Shown: positions 18,333 through 27,841, counted from the first letter of the stretch. The stretch: DNA of 64,000 nt from Candidatus Levybacteria bacterium RIFCSPLOWO2_12_FULL_41_12 (GCA_001784155.1 MFPL01000007.1:10101-74100), one strand, 5' to 3'. Notes: generated by a model not told the origin, from the letters alone. Numbers and translations: made by a program.

Positions 18333-19274
18333 ATGAAAAATAAATATTTAGTAACAGGTGCAACAGGTTTCGTAGGTTCAAATATCGTAAGAGCTCTTAT
18401 AAAAAAAGGAGAGAAGGTGACTATTATTACAAGAGACAAAAAATTGAATTGGCGACTAAGGGACATAATAAAAGAATTTGATGTACACCAATTAGACTTG
18501 GTTATAGACGATCTGGTTCCGTCTTTGAAAAAGATAAGACCTGACTATATTTTTCATCTCGCCGCGTATGGTGTTTTACCAAACGAGAAAAATACAAAGA
18601 AAATGATAGACGTAAATCTAAAAGGAGCTGTAAATCTCATAAATGCTGCTTCGAAAAATCCGTTCAAACTATTTGTAAATACTGGGACTTCTGTAGAGTA
18701 TGGGGTAAAAAACAGAAAAATGAGAGAAACTGATGTTTTAACTCCTATCAATGACTATGGAGTTACAAAAGCTGCGGCGACACTTTATGGTCAGAGAATG
18801 GGCATTAAGGAAGGATTGCCGATTGTTAATTTTCGCTTATTCACCCCGTTTGGAAAATATGAAGACAAGACTCGGTTAGTCCCATCAGTGATTCTTTCCG
18901 CTTTGAGAAATGAACCAATACGGGTTTCAGTGCCAACAACTGTCAGGGATTTTGTATTCATAGAAGATGTTGTTAATGCTTACTTAAGGGTGACAAAGCT
19001 TTCTTTTGAACCTGGAGAAATAGTTAATATTGGATCAGGAAAACAACATTCTATAGAACAGATTGTTAGTTTGATTCTGAAGATTACGAAAAGCTATTCG
19101 GAAGTTGAATGGGGAAGTGTTAAAAAGCAAGATAGGTTTATAGAACCAGAGAAATGGGAGGCTGATATTTCAAGAGCTTGGCAAATTCTAAAATGGGAAC
19201 CAAAATACTCCATCGAGCAGGGTCTAGAAAAAACAATTAAATGGTATTCTAAAAATCAAAAATTATATGAATAA
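18333..19274 (+). CDS. NAD(P)-dependent sugar 4-reductase/epimerase (SDR)
   Basis: YLVTGATGFVGSNIV. YGVTKAAA catalytic YxxxK. Paralogous to 12378..13331. Confidence 0.7.
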   Translation: MKNKYLVTGATGFVGSNIVRALIKKGEKVTIITRDKKLNWRLRDIIKEFDVHQLDLVIDDLVPSLKKIRPDYIFHLAAYGVLPNEKNTKKMIDVNLKGAVNLINAASKNPFKLFVNTGTSVEYGVKNRKMRETDVLTPINDYGVTKAAATLYGQRMGIKEGLPIVNFRLFTPFGKYEDKTRLVPSVILSALRNEPIRVSVPTTVRDFVFIEDVVNAYLRVTKLSFEPGEIVNIGSGKQHSIEQIVSLILKITKSYSEVEWGSVKKQDRFIEPEKWEADISRAWQILKWEPKYSIEQGLEKTIKWYSKNQKLYE

Positions 19275-20292
19275 TCTTCCATCTATTTCTATTGTTACAT
19301 GTACATATAATGTGAATCTTAAGTTGTTTGAAAAAGTATTAAAAGCTTTAAGAGAACAAGTTTACCCCAAACGTTTGATCGAACATATTGTTATGGATGC
19401 TGGTTCATCTAATGGAACAGTGGAGCTTGCGAAAAAATTTGGGTGCAAAGTATATGTTCATCCGGAGCTTTTGGAAGAAGAACAAGTTCGTGCATCCTTA
19501 GGTTTCAAAAAAGCAAAAGGTAAAATTCTTTTAATAATCCAATCCGATAATTTAGTGCCTTCGAATGATTGGCTCAGAAGAATGGTTCAGCCGTTCGTAG
19601 AGAACAAAAAAGTTTTTTGCACATATACCGCTCGCTATAGCTACACAAAAGATATGTCCGCTATAACTCGCTATGGAGCGCTCATTGGAGCAAACGACCC
19701 TCTAATATCCCCCTATTTTTTGGATAAGATTGAAAAGATTGCAATGACCACTAGTAATTACAATAAAGGAACCATAATTTCCGAAAACAAGAACCATTAT
19801 ATTGTTAAATTTAATAAGGATAATTTTCCTCCGCTCGGTGATAATGGCCAGATGGTTTTAAGAAGCGTAATGGAAAAAGTAAATAAAGATCCAAAAGAAT
19901 ATCTTCACTTGGACACTTTTTCCAGAATGTTTGATTTAGGTTATGATACCTGTGGTGTAGTCAAAGCTTCGATAATTCATGTTATTACTTCAGACATTAA
20001 GCGCTTTGTGACAAGAAGAATTCAGTTAAAGGAAAAGTTTTTTGATGATAGACGCAATAATCGCAGATTTCTTATATTTGATATAAATTCAAAAAAAGAT
20101 AGAATTAATTTGATCAAATACGTCATTTTTTCTTTGACTTTTGTTCCCACCTTATTTCAAGGCGCCAGGGGATATTTGAAAATAAGAGATAGCGCATGGT
20201 TTCTCCATCCTGTAATCTGCTTTATAATGCTTATTGCATATGGATATTCAGAATTTAAGTGGATTTTGAAGAAATCTTTGAGACTAGCTTAG
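19267..20292 (+). CDS. GT2-like (GT-A) glycosyltransferase with C-terminal membrane helices
   Basis: SISIVTCTYNVNLKLFEKVLKAL...VMDAGSSNGT. Hydrophobic C-terminus (VIFSLTFVPTLF). Confidence 0.55.
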   Translation: MNNLPSISIVTCTYNVNLKLFEKVLKALREQVYPKRLIEHIVMDAGSSNGTVELAKKFGCKVYVHPELLEEEQVRASLGFKKAKGKILLIIQSDNLVPSNDWLRRMVQPFVENKKVFCTYTARYSYTKDMSAITRYGALIGANDPLISPYFLDKIEKIAMTTSNYNKGTIISENKNHYIVKFNKDNFPPLGDNGQMVLRSVMEKVNKDPKEYLHLDTFSRMFDLGYDTCGVVKASIIHVITSDIKRFVTRRIQLKEKFFDDRRNNRRFLIFDINSKKDRINLIKYVIFSLTFVPTLFQGARGYLKIRDSAWFLHPVICFIMLIAYGYSEFKWILKKSLRLA

Positions 20293-20810
20293 TAGTCTTT
20301 GTAAATTTTCCTGAGTTCCCCGAGATTAACGGTTGAAAAATAAACTACTGTTTCAAAAGTCTTCTTGTCTTTTTTTTCGACCTTTTTGGCTATATCGTTT
20401 AAAACCTCTTGGTGCTTAAAAGAAGCTTTTTCTACTCGGTTGAAAAGCTCTTTAGTTGGTTTTCTTCTCTCGTCTTTGAATAGAAATACTAAAAGGGTTA
20501 TCTCATTCTCACCTTTTAAAGCCGTTTCCTTGGCAAGTTCCACATTCCCTTTATCTGCCAATATCTTAGCCATTAGTATTCTTTTATCTGCCAGAAGAAG
20601 ATGTTGCTCAGCTTTTTTAATGGGGTCTTGTATTATGAATAACATCACTTTATCTCTTAAAACCTTAAGCTTGTAAAGTTTGTGATCGGGAAGCATTCCC
20701 GGATAAGGAAGATCGTATTTTACCGATGCTGATGTGGTAGAGTTGTCGCGTGCAAATCCAACTCCCGAAAAAACAAAAATCAAAATGAGGGCGATTGCAA
20801 TTTTCTTCAT
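20289..20810 (-). CDS. Secreted/exported hypothetical protein (signal peptide)
   Basis: MKKIAIALILIFVFSGVGFA signal peptide, then a Lys/Glu-rich helical body. Start placed at the internal Met (track ORF starts at 20843). Confidence 0.45.
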   Translation of the reverse strand: MKKIAIALILIFVFSGVGFARDNSTTSASVKYDLPYPGMLPDHKLYKLKVLRDKVMLFIIQDPIKKAEQHLLLADKRILMAKILADKGNVELAKETALKGENEITLLVFLFKDERRKPTKELFNRVEKASFKHQEVLNDIAKKVEKKDKKTFETVVYFSTVNLGELRKIYKDY

Positions 20811-20852
20811 ACAGCAATTATAGCATAGGTTTGTAAAACGCATCCACCTATA

Positions 20853-22277
20853 TTAGTTGAATTTTCTTAAAACATTTTTTCCTACTCTTCTGGCATTAGC
20901 CATTATTGTTAGGGTCGGAGATTTCGCGGGAAGTGCTTTCCATGTCGAGGAATCGCCACTGTATATTCTATTGGTTTGATGTAATTTCCCATTCTTATCC
21001 ACTGATAATAATGTAGGTACTTCTCTAAAGGGGACTCCTCCAGCGTAATGGACCGTAACGTAATCACTAACCGTTTTTAAAGGAAGTAATCCCAATGACC
21101 GCAATTGTCGCGAGATTTTATTAACCTCATTCCTATGTATTTCTAATTCCTTACGATTCTCCTTATATGATATCTCTAGAACATCTTCATCTCCTTTTTT
21201 CAGTAATCTACAAAATTTATTTTTTGATTCGAATACTGGAAATCTAATATCAGCTATCACTAGCGATGAAATAATAAATGACAATAGCATTGAGGCAATA
21301 ACCTTTGGTAGGGGAATATATTTGAGTGATTTATGTAGCACTTCGGTGTTGAACCTGTAAAGTTGGACAAAAAAAGCTACTAATCCATGATAGGTTTCGT
21401 CACTTAAAATGGCCAACTGGCCGAAATTACTTTTTTTAGAATTAGTTTTTTTTGTTAAAGTTCTAAAATTTAGGCATGCAGTCAAAAAATGGGCTTTTGT
21501 TAAGAATGTTGTTCTGTAGTCGAATAATCCTAAGCTTCTAAGTAAAATTCTCGTGGTATTAATTGAGCCAGCTGCTAGAATTAAATAATTTGCTCGATTG
21601 GTGGACATCACTGAGTTATCAATTGAAAAGCTTTGAATTTCTACATATTCAATTTTGTCCTTAACAGTATAGACTAGCTGATTTGGAATATAGGTAAAGT
21701 TTTTAAACCGTTTTAAGTCTTCTATGCTTGAGCTTGCACGATATGATATTGCGGTCGGTAGTTGATATACCGTATTTTTTAAGTTGGCCTTATTTTTAGC
21801 GGATTGCAAAATTAATCTTCCATGAGTATCAAGAGGGATTTTTAGCTTAAGATTTATAAGTTTTGCCACTTCTTGATATTCCTGCTGGATTATATCAGCT
21901 GGTAACCCAATTTTTTCAAGTTCTTCTTTTGAAAAAAAATCACAAATCCCATCCCAAATTTCGGATAGCCCACCCTTAGCTAGGCTTTGAATAATTTCAA
22001 TATCGCTTTTAATTTTTAAGAGTTGATAGGTTTTGTAAAAAACGTAACTGCTTTTTCTAAGTAAGTCATAGGCGTGACCCGCAGTAGAAGAATCAGTCTC
22101 CGAAAAATTAACCGGTTTTGAAGTCCGTTTCTTACTGTCTAATCCGCCGTCAATTATTGCGACCTGTAATCCTGCTTCGGTTAATGGGTATGCAGCATGT
22201 ACTCCTGCTGGTCCGGATCCGACTATCACAACATCAAATTGAGTATGCGAGCGATATTTATAAACTTTTTTCGTCAT
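20853..22277 (-). CDS. GMC-family FAD-dependent oxidoreductase (sugar oxidase/dehydrogenase-like)
   Basis: N-terminal DVVIVGSGPAGVHAAYPLTEAGLQVAIIDGG (FAD Rossmann). C-terminal GMC block HYAGGVPF...IYSGDSSTW....SPTLTIMANARRVGKNV. Confidence 0.65.
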   Translation of the reverse strand: MTKKVYKYRSHTQFDVVIVGSGPAGVHAAYPLTEAGLQVAIIDGGLDSKKRTSKPVNFSETDSSTAGHAYDLLRKSSYVFYKTYQLLKIKSDIEIIQSLAKGGLSEIWDGICDFFSKEELEKIGLPADIIQQEYQEVAKLINLKLKIPLDTHGRLILQSAKNKANLKNTVYQLPTAISYRASSSIEDLKRFKNFTYIPNQLVYTVKDKIEYVEIQSFSIDNSVMSTNRANYLILAAGSINTTRILLRSLGLFDYRTTFLTKAHFLTACLNFRTLTKKTNSKKSNFGQLAILSDETYHGLVAFFVQLYRFNTEVLHKSLKYIPLPKVIASMLLSFIISSLVIADIRFPVFESKNKFCRLLKKGDEDVLEISYKENRKELEIHRNEVNKISRQLRSLGLLPLKTVSDYVTVHYAGGVPFREVPTLLSVDKNGKLHQTNRIYSGDSSTWKALPAKSPTLTIMANARRVGKNVLRKFN

Positions 22278-22419
22278 AAGATATTTCCGAGACTATAATA
22301 TATATAAGTAAAGATGATTACAACTACAACTATCGGGTTGAAATAAAATTGAAACGGCACTCTCTTATTGTTCCTGTACTGAAAAATTGATATGATCTTC
22401 GCGAACGAAATTATATTAC
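22278..22419. promoter_or_regulatory. Divergent intergenic promoter region between the GMC oxidoreductase (-) and a GT2 gene (+)
   Basis: 142-bp AT-rich spacer. Candidate plus-strand TTGTTC(22368)-17 nt-TATGAT(22391). Not verified. Confidence 0.3.
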
Positions 22420-23247
22420 ATGAAATATAAGCCCCTAATATCTGTTGTCATGCCTGCCCATAACGCTGTTAAAGATATAAACACTGCGGTGGAAAGCGTA
22501 TTGAATCAAACTTTTAAAAAATTCGAACTAATTATAGTTAACGATGCCTCAACTGATAATACTTATTCAAAACTTAAAGCATTATCGAGAAAAGATCCTA
22601 GGATAAGAATCATAAGCAACAAAAAAAGACTCGACATCGCAGGCACTCTGAATAAAGGTATTGCAGCTGCGCGCGCAGACATAATAGCTCGAATGGATGC
22701 GGACGATATATCAATGCCCAATAGATTCGAGCTTCAATATAAGCTTATTAATTCCGCCAAAAATATAGCTGCGGTTGGGGCAAATATTATAATTATGGAT
22801 ACGAGAGAGAAGGATATCGCCACACGCATTTATCCGGAAACATCGAGAGAGTTAAAGAGATGCTTGTTTAAGTACAGTCCTTTCGCACATCCAGTTGTGA
22901 TGTTTCGCAAGAAAATGGTTGAAGAAGTGGGTGGGTATAATCCAAAATATTCACCAACCGAGGATCTTGATTTGTGGTTTCGCCTGGGAGTGAAATACGA
23001 ATTTAAAAGTGTTCCCAAATTGCTCTTGAGGTATAGATTGAATGAAAAGTCTAGCAGCCATAAGGAGATTAAGGAGCTAGAGATATTAGTATTTAAAATT
23101 CGCCTAGATGCTATAATCAAATACGGTTACAGGCCGAGCTTATTTGATGCAATTTATAACATCTTTCAATTTTTAACTTTATGGATTACGCCAGCTAGAT
23201 ACAGAATTAAGATCTACAATCTGCTCAGAAATAATAATATAATTTAG
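22420..23247 (+). CDS. GT2 (GT-A) glycosyltransferase
   Basis: LISVVMPAHNAVKDINTAVESVLNQTFKKFELIIVNDASTDNT...MDADD (DxD). Confidence 0.8.
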   Translation: MKYKPLISVVMPAHNAVKDINTAVESVLNQTFKKFELIIVNDASTDNTYSKLKALSRKDPRIRIISNKKRLDIAGTLNKGIAAARADIIARMDADDISMPNRFELQYKLINSAKNIAAVGANIIIMDTREKDIATRIYPETSRELKRCLFKYSPFAHPVVMFRKKMVEEVGGYNPKYSPTEDLDLWFRLGVKYEFKSVPKLLLRYRLNEKSSSHKEIKELEILVFKIRLDAIIKYGYRPSLFDAIYNIFQFLTLWITPARYRIKIYNLLRNNNII

Positions 23248-23266
23248 CTCCTGTTCATATAAAGCT

Positions 23267-24295
23267 ATGAAAAAATATGTAGGCATTTTCCCTTACAATG
23301 ATCACAGGTACTTATTGAATGCAGCGTTTAATAAAAATCTAAACGGTCTTGAGACTCCTATCTTCGTGACACTAAAAAAGTCTTTAAAACAGGTAAATAT
23401 AGAAGTAAATACATATGACATAGTGACAAAAGAAGAACTTTATACGTATGTATATTTTGATTTACCAAATCTTTGGAATATCAAAGCATGGGTAAAGATA
23501 ATCTCAAACAAAAACAAAAATATCCTGATCTGCAATGAGCCTCCTATTGTAATACCATTTAATTATTGGAAAATATTTCATACATTCTTTACAAAAGTTT
23601 ATACATGGAATGATAGCTTGGTAGACAACAAAAAATATTTTAAAATACTTTTGCCCAAAACAAGCTTAGGTCTTAACATCAAACCAAAAAAATTTAAAGA
23701 GAGGAAGTTTTTAGTTCTTATAAATAAAAACATACTGCCTTTTTACCCATTCAAAATTATCTTAAAGTTCGGAAAAGAGCTGTATACGGAGAGAATAAGA
23801 GCTATCGAATTTTTTGAGAAGACCATTCCAAAAAAGTTTTATCTTTACGGGCGAGATTGGAACAAACCCAAAAAGCATAATTTAACTGAGAGAATTATTG
23901 GTCCAAAGAAGTACTTGACCTACAAAGGTGAGGTCGACGATAAGATAGAATTATTATCAAGCTTTAAATACTCTATTTGCTTCGAGAACTTAACTGATAC
24001 CACAGGGTTTATTACCGAGAAAATATTTGATTGTCTAAAAGCTAGATGCGTCCCCGTCTATTGGGGTGCTACGGATATAGAAAATTATATTCCGAGGGAG
24101 TGCTTTATTGATTTTAGGCAATTCAAGGACTATGATGAGCTTCTAAAATTTTTAAATTCAATTAGCGAACAGAAGTATGCCAAGTATATAAAAAGCATTG
24201 AGAAATTGTTGTCTGATAAAAAATTTATAAACTTATGGTTTGAAGAAGCTTTTGCAGACTTTTTCATAAAGGATATTTTGGAAATAAAAAAATGA
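23267..24295 (+). CDS. GT10-family alpha-1,3/4-fucosyltransferase-like glycosyltransferase
   Basis: YKFSICFENLTDTGFITEKIFDCLKARCVPVYWG closely resembles the GT10 acceptor/GDP-Fuc motif block of Helicobacter FucT (YKFNLCFENS..GYVTEKI.D......P.YWG). Confidence 0.7.
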   Translation: MKKYVGIFPYNDHRYLLNAAFNKNLNGLETPIFVTLKKSLKQVNIEVNTYDIVTKEELYTYVYFDLPNLWNIKAWVKIISNKNKNILICNEPPIVIPFNYWKIFHTFFTKVYTWNDSLVDNKKYFKILLPKTSLGLNIKPKKFKERKFLVLINKNILPFYPFKIILKFGKELYTERIRAIEFFEKTIPKKFYLYGRDWNKPKKHNLTERIIGPKKYLTYKGEVDDKIELLSSFKYSICFENLTDTTGFITEKIFDCLKARCVPVYWGATDIENYIPRECFIDFRQFKDYDELLKFLNSISEQKYAKYIKSIEKLLSDKKFINLWFEEAFADFFIKDILEIKK

Positions 24296-25146
24296 TAAAA
24301 AATAATCTACCTTTAAGCCTGGAGTTAAAGGCAGCGGAAACAAGAGAAGAAATTTTAGAAATGATAGTAAGTGCCCGTGGAACCCACATTGCGAGTGCGT
24401 TTTCAATAGTAGATTTGGTGGTTTATTTATACAATCATGTTTTAAGAATAAATCCCAAAAAACCGAATGATCCTAAAAGAGATAAGTTTGTCTTAAGTAA
24501 AGGACATGGATGCGCAGCTTTGTATGTTGTTTTGGCAAATCTTGGCTTTTTTCCAAAGAGTGAGCTTGGGAAATACTGCACGAGAGAGGGTATTTTGGGT
24601 GGACACCCCGATAGCACAAGAATACCGGGGGTAGAAACCTCGACAGGTTCTTTGGGTCATGGTTTTCCTGTGGCCGTAGGATTTGCGTTGGCCAGTAAGA
24701 TTAACAAAAGTAATTCTAAGGTTTATTGTATAGTCGGTGATGGTGAATGCAATGAAGGGTCGGTTTGGGAAGCGGCACAGGTAGCTCCGCACCATAAGTT
24801 AGATAATCTAACTGTAATAGTTGATGACAACAAACTTATGATCTCAGGTTTCGCTAAGGATATTCTAAACCCTTTATCTTTAGCGGATAAATTCAGGATA
24901 TTTGGTTGGAATGTTATTGAAATCAATGGTCACAATTTTAAGGAAATAATAACTGCATTTAATGCCAAAACGAAAAATTCTAAGCCTACTGCCATAATCG
25001 CAAATACAATTAAAGGCAAAGGAGTGTCTTTTATGGAAAATGAAAAAGAATGGTACAGTAGACTTCCCAACGAAGAAGAGCTTAAGCTCGCGTTGGATGA
25101 GTTAGATACAAAAATCAAAAAGCTTAAGGGGAGGCTTAAGATATGA
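24292..25146 (+). CDS. Transketolase N-terminal-section subunit (TPP-binding)
   Basis: SKGHGCAALYVVLANLGFF, GHPD....GVETSTGSLGHGFPVAVGFA, VGDGECNEGSVWEA. Confidence 0.8.
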   Translation: MIKNNLPLSLELKAAETREEILEMIVSARGTHIASAFSIVDLVVYLYNHVLRINPKKPNDPKRDKFVLSKGHGCAALYVVLANLGFFPKSELGKYCTREGILGGHPDSTRIPGVETSTGSLGHGFPVAVGFALASKINKSNSKVYCIVGDGECNEGSVWEAAQVAPHHKLDNLTVIVDDNKLMISGFAKDILNPLSLADKFRIFGWNVIEINGHNFKEIITAFNAKTKNSKPTAIIANTIKGKGVSFMENEKEWYSRLPNEEELKLALDELDTKIKKLKGRLKI

Positions 25147-26093
25147 GAGATTCTTTCATAAGCTCGATATACAAAGTAACAAAAAAGGATAAAAATGTTT
25201 TATGTATTGTAGGAGATATTGGAGCATTTCTTCTAAGGAATTATATTAAAGATTTTCCAAACAATTATTTTAATTTGGGAGTCGCAGAGGCAAATATGGT
25301 CGGGGTTGCATCGGGACTTGCGATGTCTGGGAAAATTCCATTCGTTTACACCATTACCCCTTTTATTACGGCAAGGCCATACGAGCAAATTAAAGTAGAT
25401 GTATGCTATAACAACGCGAATGTAAAGCTTGTGGGTGTGGGGAGCGGTGCATCTTATGGGACGATGGGGTCAACCCACCATTCATTAGACGATTTAGCTC
25501 TAATGAGTACACTGCCCAATATGACGGTCATTTCTCCATCGGATCCTCTGGAGGTAGAAGAAGCAGTATTTGCCGCGGCAAAACACGTGGGACCCGTGTA
25601 TATAAGACTTACCTTAAAGTCTAAACCCTTAATTTATAAAAGGGAAGATTTTAAGATAGGAAAGGCAAGAGTAGTTAGAAACGGAAAAGATGTGGCAGTC
25701 ATTGCTACGGGGGATATGGTCGAAGTTGCCGTGGATGCTGCAAGCATCCTGGAAAAGGAAAATATAAGCTGTCAGATAATCAATATGCATACGATAAAGC
25801 CCATAGATGAACGACTTATTGGGGATTTGTCGAAAAAATATAAGGTAATAATTTCCATAGAAGAACATAGTGTTATGGGAGGGTTGGGCAGTGCAATATC
25901 TTCCGTTTTGGCACAAATTCCTGATAATAAAGCACTTTTTAAAGCAATGGGGTTTCGGGACGAGTTCGTGAAAATTTACGCTAGCGATAAACATGAGATA
26001 TTTAACGCTTATGGTTTATCGGAAAAACATTTAGCTAATGAAGTTCTCTCTTTGTACATGTATGCTAAGTCCAATAATACGAGAAGACATTAA
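25143..26093 (+). CDS. Transketolase C-terminal-section subunit (full length: Pyr and C-terminal domains)
   Basis: GVAEANMVGVASGLAMSGKIPFVYTITPFITARPYEQI. 316 aa with the C-terminal domain present. ATGA overlap with the N-subunit gene. Confidence 0.8.
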   Translation: MRDSFISSIYKVTKKDKNVLCIVGDIGAFLLRNYIKDFPNNYFNLGVAEANMVGVASGLAMSGKIPFVYTITPFITARPYEQIKVDVCYNNANVKLVGVGSGASYGTMGSTHHSLDDLALMSTLPNMTVISPSDPLEVEEAVFAAAKHVGPVYIRLTLKSKPLIYKREDFKIGKARVVRNGKDVAVIATGDMVEVAVDAASILEKENISCQIINMHTIKPIDERLIGDLSKKYKVIISIEEHSVMGGLGSAISSVLAQIPDNKALFKAMGFRDEFVKIYASDKHEIFNAYGLSEKHLANEVLSLYMYAKSNNTRRH

Positions 26094-27117
26094 AGACGTA
26101 GTTAATAGGCTGGGGAAAGATGCAGACCGCTTATCGGGTAAAACTGTTCTGATAACAGGAGCCTCAGGCTTAATTGGAGGATATTTAGTTGATACGCTAG
26201 TCTATCTTAATGAGAATAGATTGCTCAAGTCCTGTAAGGCAATAGCTCTTCAAAAAAGTAAAGTTAAAAAAAATAGTAGGTTGGGACATTTATTGAATAA
26301 CCGAAATGTTAAACTTGTTTCCCACGACGCGTCCGCTCCTTATAAAAGTAATCAGAAGATAGATTACGTTATTCACGCTGCAGGAGTGTCAGCACCTGCA
26401 GCTTTTCTAAAAGACCCCTTGGGCACTATAGATGTAAATGTGTCTGGCGTTCGATGGATTCTAGAATATGCGAGGAAAAATGAAGTAAAAAGCATTCTTT
26501 ATATGAGTAGTGGCGAAATCTATGGAAATCCAACCCTGGAGAATATACCCACCCCTGAAACCTATAAAGGGAATGTATCTACCCTTGATCCGCGTGGATG
26601 CTATACCTCTTCAAAAAGACTGGCAGAAACCCTCTGCAGTATTTATTTCGAAAAATATAATGTACCTGTAAAAATTGCTCGTCCATTTATTGTCTATGGA
26701 CCCGGCCTTCGGTTTGACGACAAAAGGGTTATGGCAGAATTTATTAAAAACGGGTTGGAAGGTAAGCCAATAGAAATGTTAAACGCAGGACGGGATACTC
26801 GCTCATACTGCTATGTATCCGATGCAACAGTCGCATTTTTTAAAATTCTCCTCTCGTCTAAGGACGGAGAACCATTTAATGTGGCATCTGATTTGGAAGA
26901 GGTGAGTATAAAAGAATTAGCGGAATTGGTTCATAAAATTTGCAATATAAAAAAGCCAGTTAGGGTAAAAAAGAAAGGAGCGAATTTCTTAAAAGACGCT
27001 CCGAACAGAGTCTTTCCGGACATTACCAAGCTCAAAAAAACATTCGGATATGTCCCTAAGGTAGGGATAGAGAAAGGCCTCCGAAGGACAATTGAATGGA
27101 ACAGGTCTGTAATTTGA
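26038..27117 (+). CDS. NAD-dependent sugar epimerase/dehydratase (SDR)
   Basis: GKTVLITGASGLIGGYLV. YTSSKRLAE catalytic YxxxK. The true start is probably an internal Met, because the annotated ORF overlaps the upstream gene by 56 nt. Confidence 0.7.
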   Translation: MKFSLCTCMLSPIIREDIKDVVNRLGKDADRLSGKTVLITGASGLIGGYLVDTLVYLNENRLLKSCKAIALQKSKVKKNSRLGHLLNNRNVKLVSHDASAPYKSNQKIDYVIHAAGVSAPAAFLKDPLGTIDVNVSGVRWILEYARKNEVKSILYMSSGEIYGNPTLENIPTPETYKGNVSTLDPRGCYTSSKRLAETLCSIYFEKYNVPVKIARPFIVYGPGLRFDDKRVMAEFIKNGLEGKPIEMLNAGRDTRSYCYVSDATVAFFKILLSSKDGEPFNVASDLEEVSIKELAELVHKICNIKKPVRVKKKGANFLKDAPNRVFPDITKLKKTFGYVPKVGIEKGLRRTIEWNRSVI

Positions 27118-27121
27118 AAAT

Positions 27122-27841
27122 ATGGATCTAAAACGCTTTGTACTCAAATATCTCGCTCCCCCTACAGAAACAGCGAGAAACGAATGGGTGGTTAAGAAGA
27201 TTGCTAAAATCCCCAAAGGTAAAAGCATTCTTGATGTTGGAGCTGGAGAAATGCCTTATAAGACATACTGCAGGCATCTCAAATATAAAAGTCAAGACTT
27301 TGGGAAGTACACAGGCGAAAATACAAAAAGTGGTATAAAAAGCGGAAAGTACGATACTAAAAGTGTGGATATTATTTCCGATATTACTTCTATACCAGTC
27401 AGAAATAAATCATTTGACTATGTGCTCTGCACAGAGGTTTTCGAGCACATACCCGATCCTCTTCAGGCATTAAAAGAAATAAGCAGGATAAATAAATCGA
27501 CACTTATACTGACTGCTCCGTTTGCCTCCTTAACACATTTTTATCCTTATTTTTTTTACACAGGGTTTTCAGAACAGTTCTATAGAACAAATCTTCCAAG
27601 ATACGGATATAAAATCAAGGAAATATATGCGTACGGAAATTACTTTGACTTATTGGGCATGGAGCTTTTGAGACTACCTCTCATCATCTTTGACTACAAC
27701 AAGATATTTTTGATTTGTATTCTTCCCTTTTTTACGTTGACATTACCAGTGCTTATGGCCTTGAGGATTCTGGGAAAACTTTATCCTCAGTCAAATAACA
27801 TTTTTTGCTTTGGGATATGTGTTTTAGCAAAAAAATACTAA
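27122..27841 (+). CDS. Class I SAM-dependent methyltransferase with hydrophobic C-terminus
   Basis: ILDVGAGEMPY motif I. VLCTEVFEHIPDP. C-terminal membrane-like helices. Confidence 0.65.
   Translation: MDLKRFVLKYLAPPTETARNEWVVKKIAKIPKGKSILDVGAGEMPYKTYCRHLKYKSQDFGKYTGENTKSGIKSGKYDTKSVDIISDITSIPVRNKSFDYVLCTEVFEHIPDPLQALKEISRINKSTLILTAPFASLTHFYPYFFYTGFSEQFYRTNLPRYGYKIKEIYAYGNYFDLLGMELLRLPLIIFDYNKIFLICILPFFTLTLPVLMALRILGKLYPQSNNIFCFGICVLAKKY

Noticed and set aside
26038-26093. 56-nt overlap between the transketolase C-subunit and the downstream SDR gene.
   Set aside because: It probably reflects use of an internal start codon for the SDR (the first strong motif, GKTVLITGASG, lies about 40 aa in). 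It was not treated as a frameshift or fusion.
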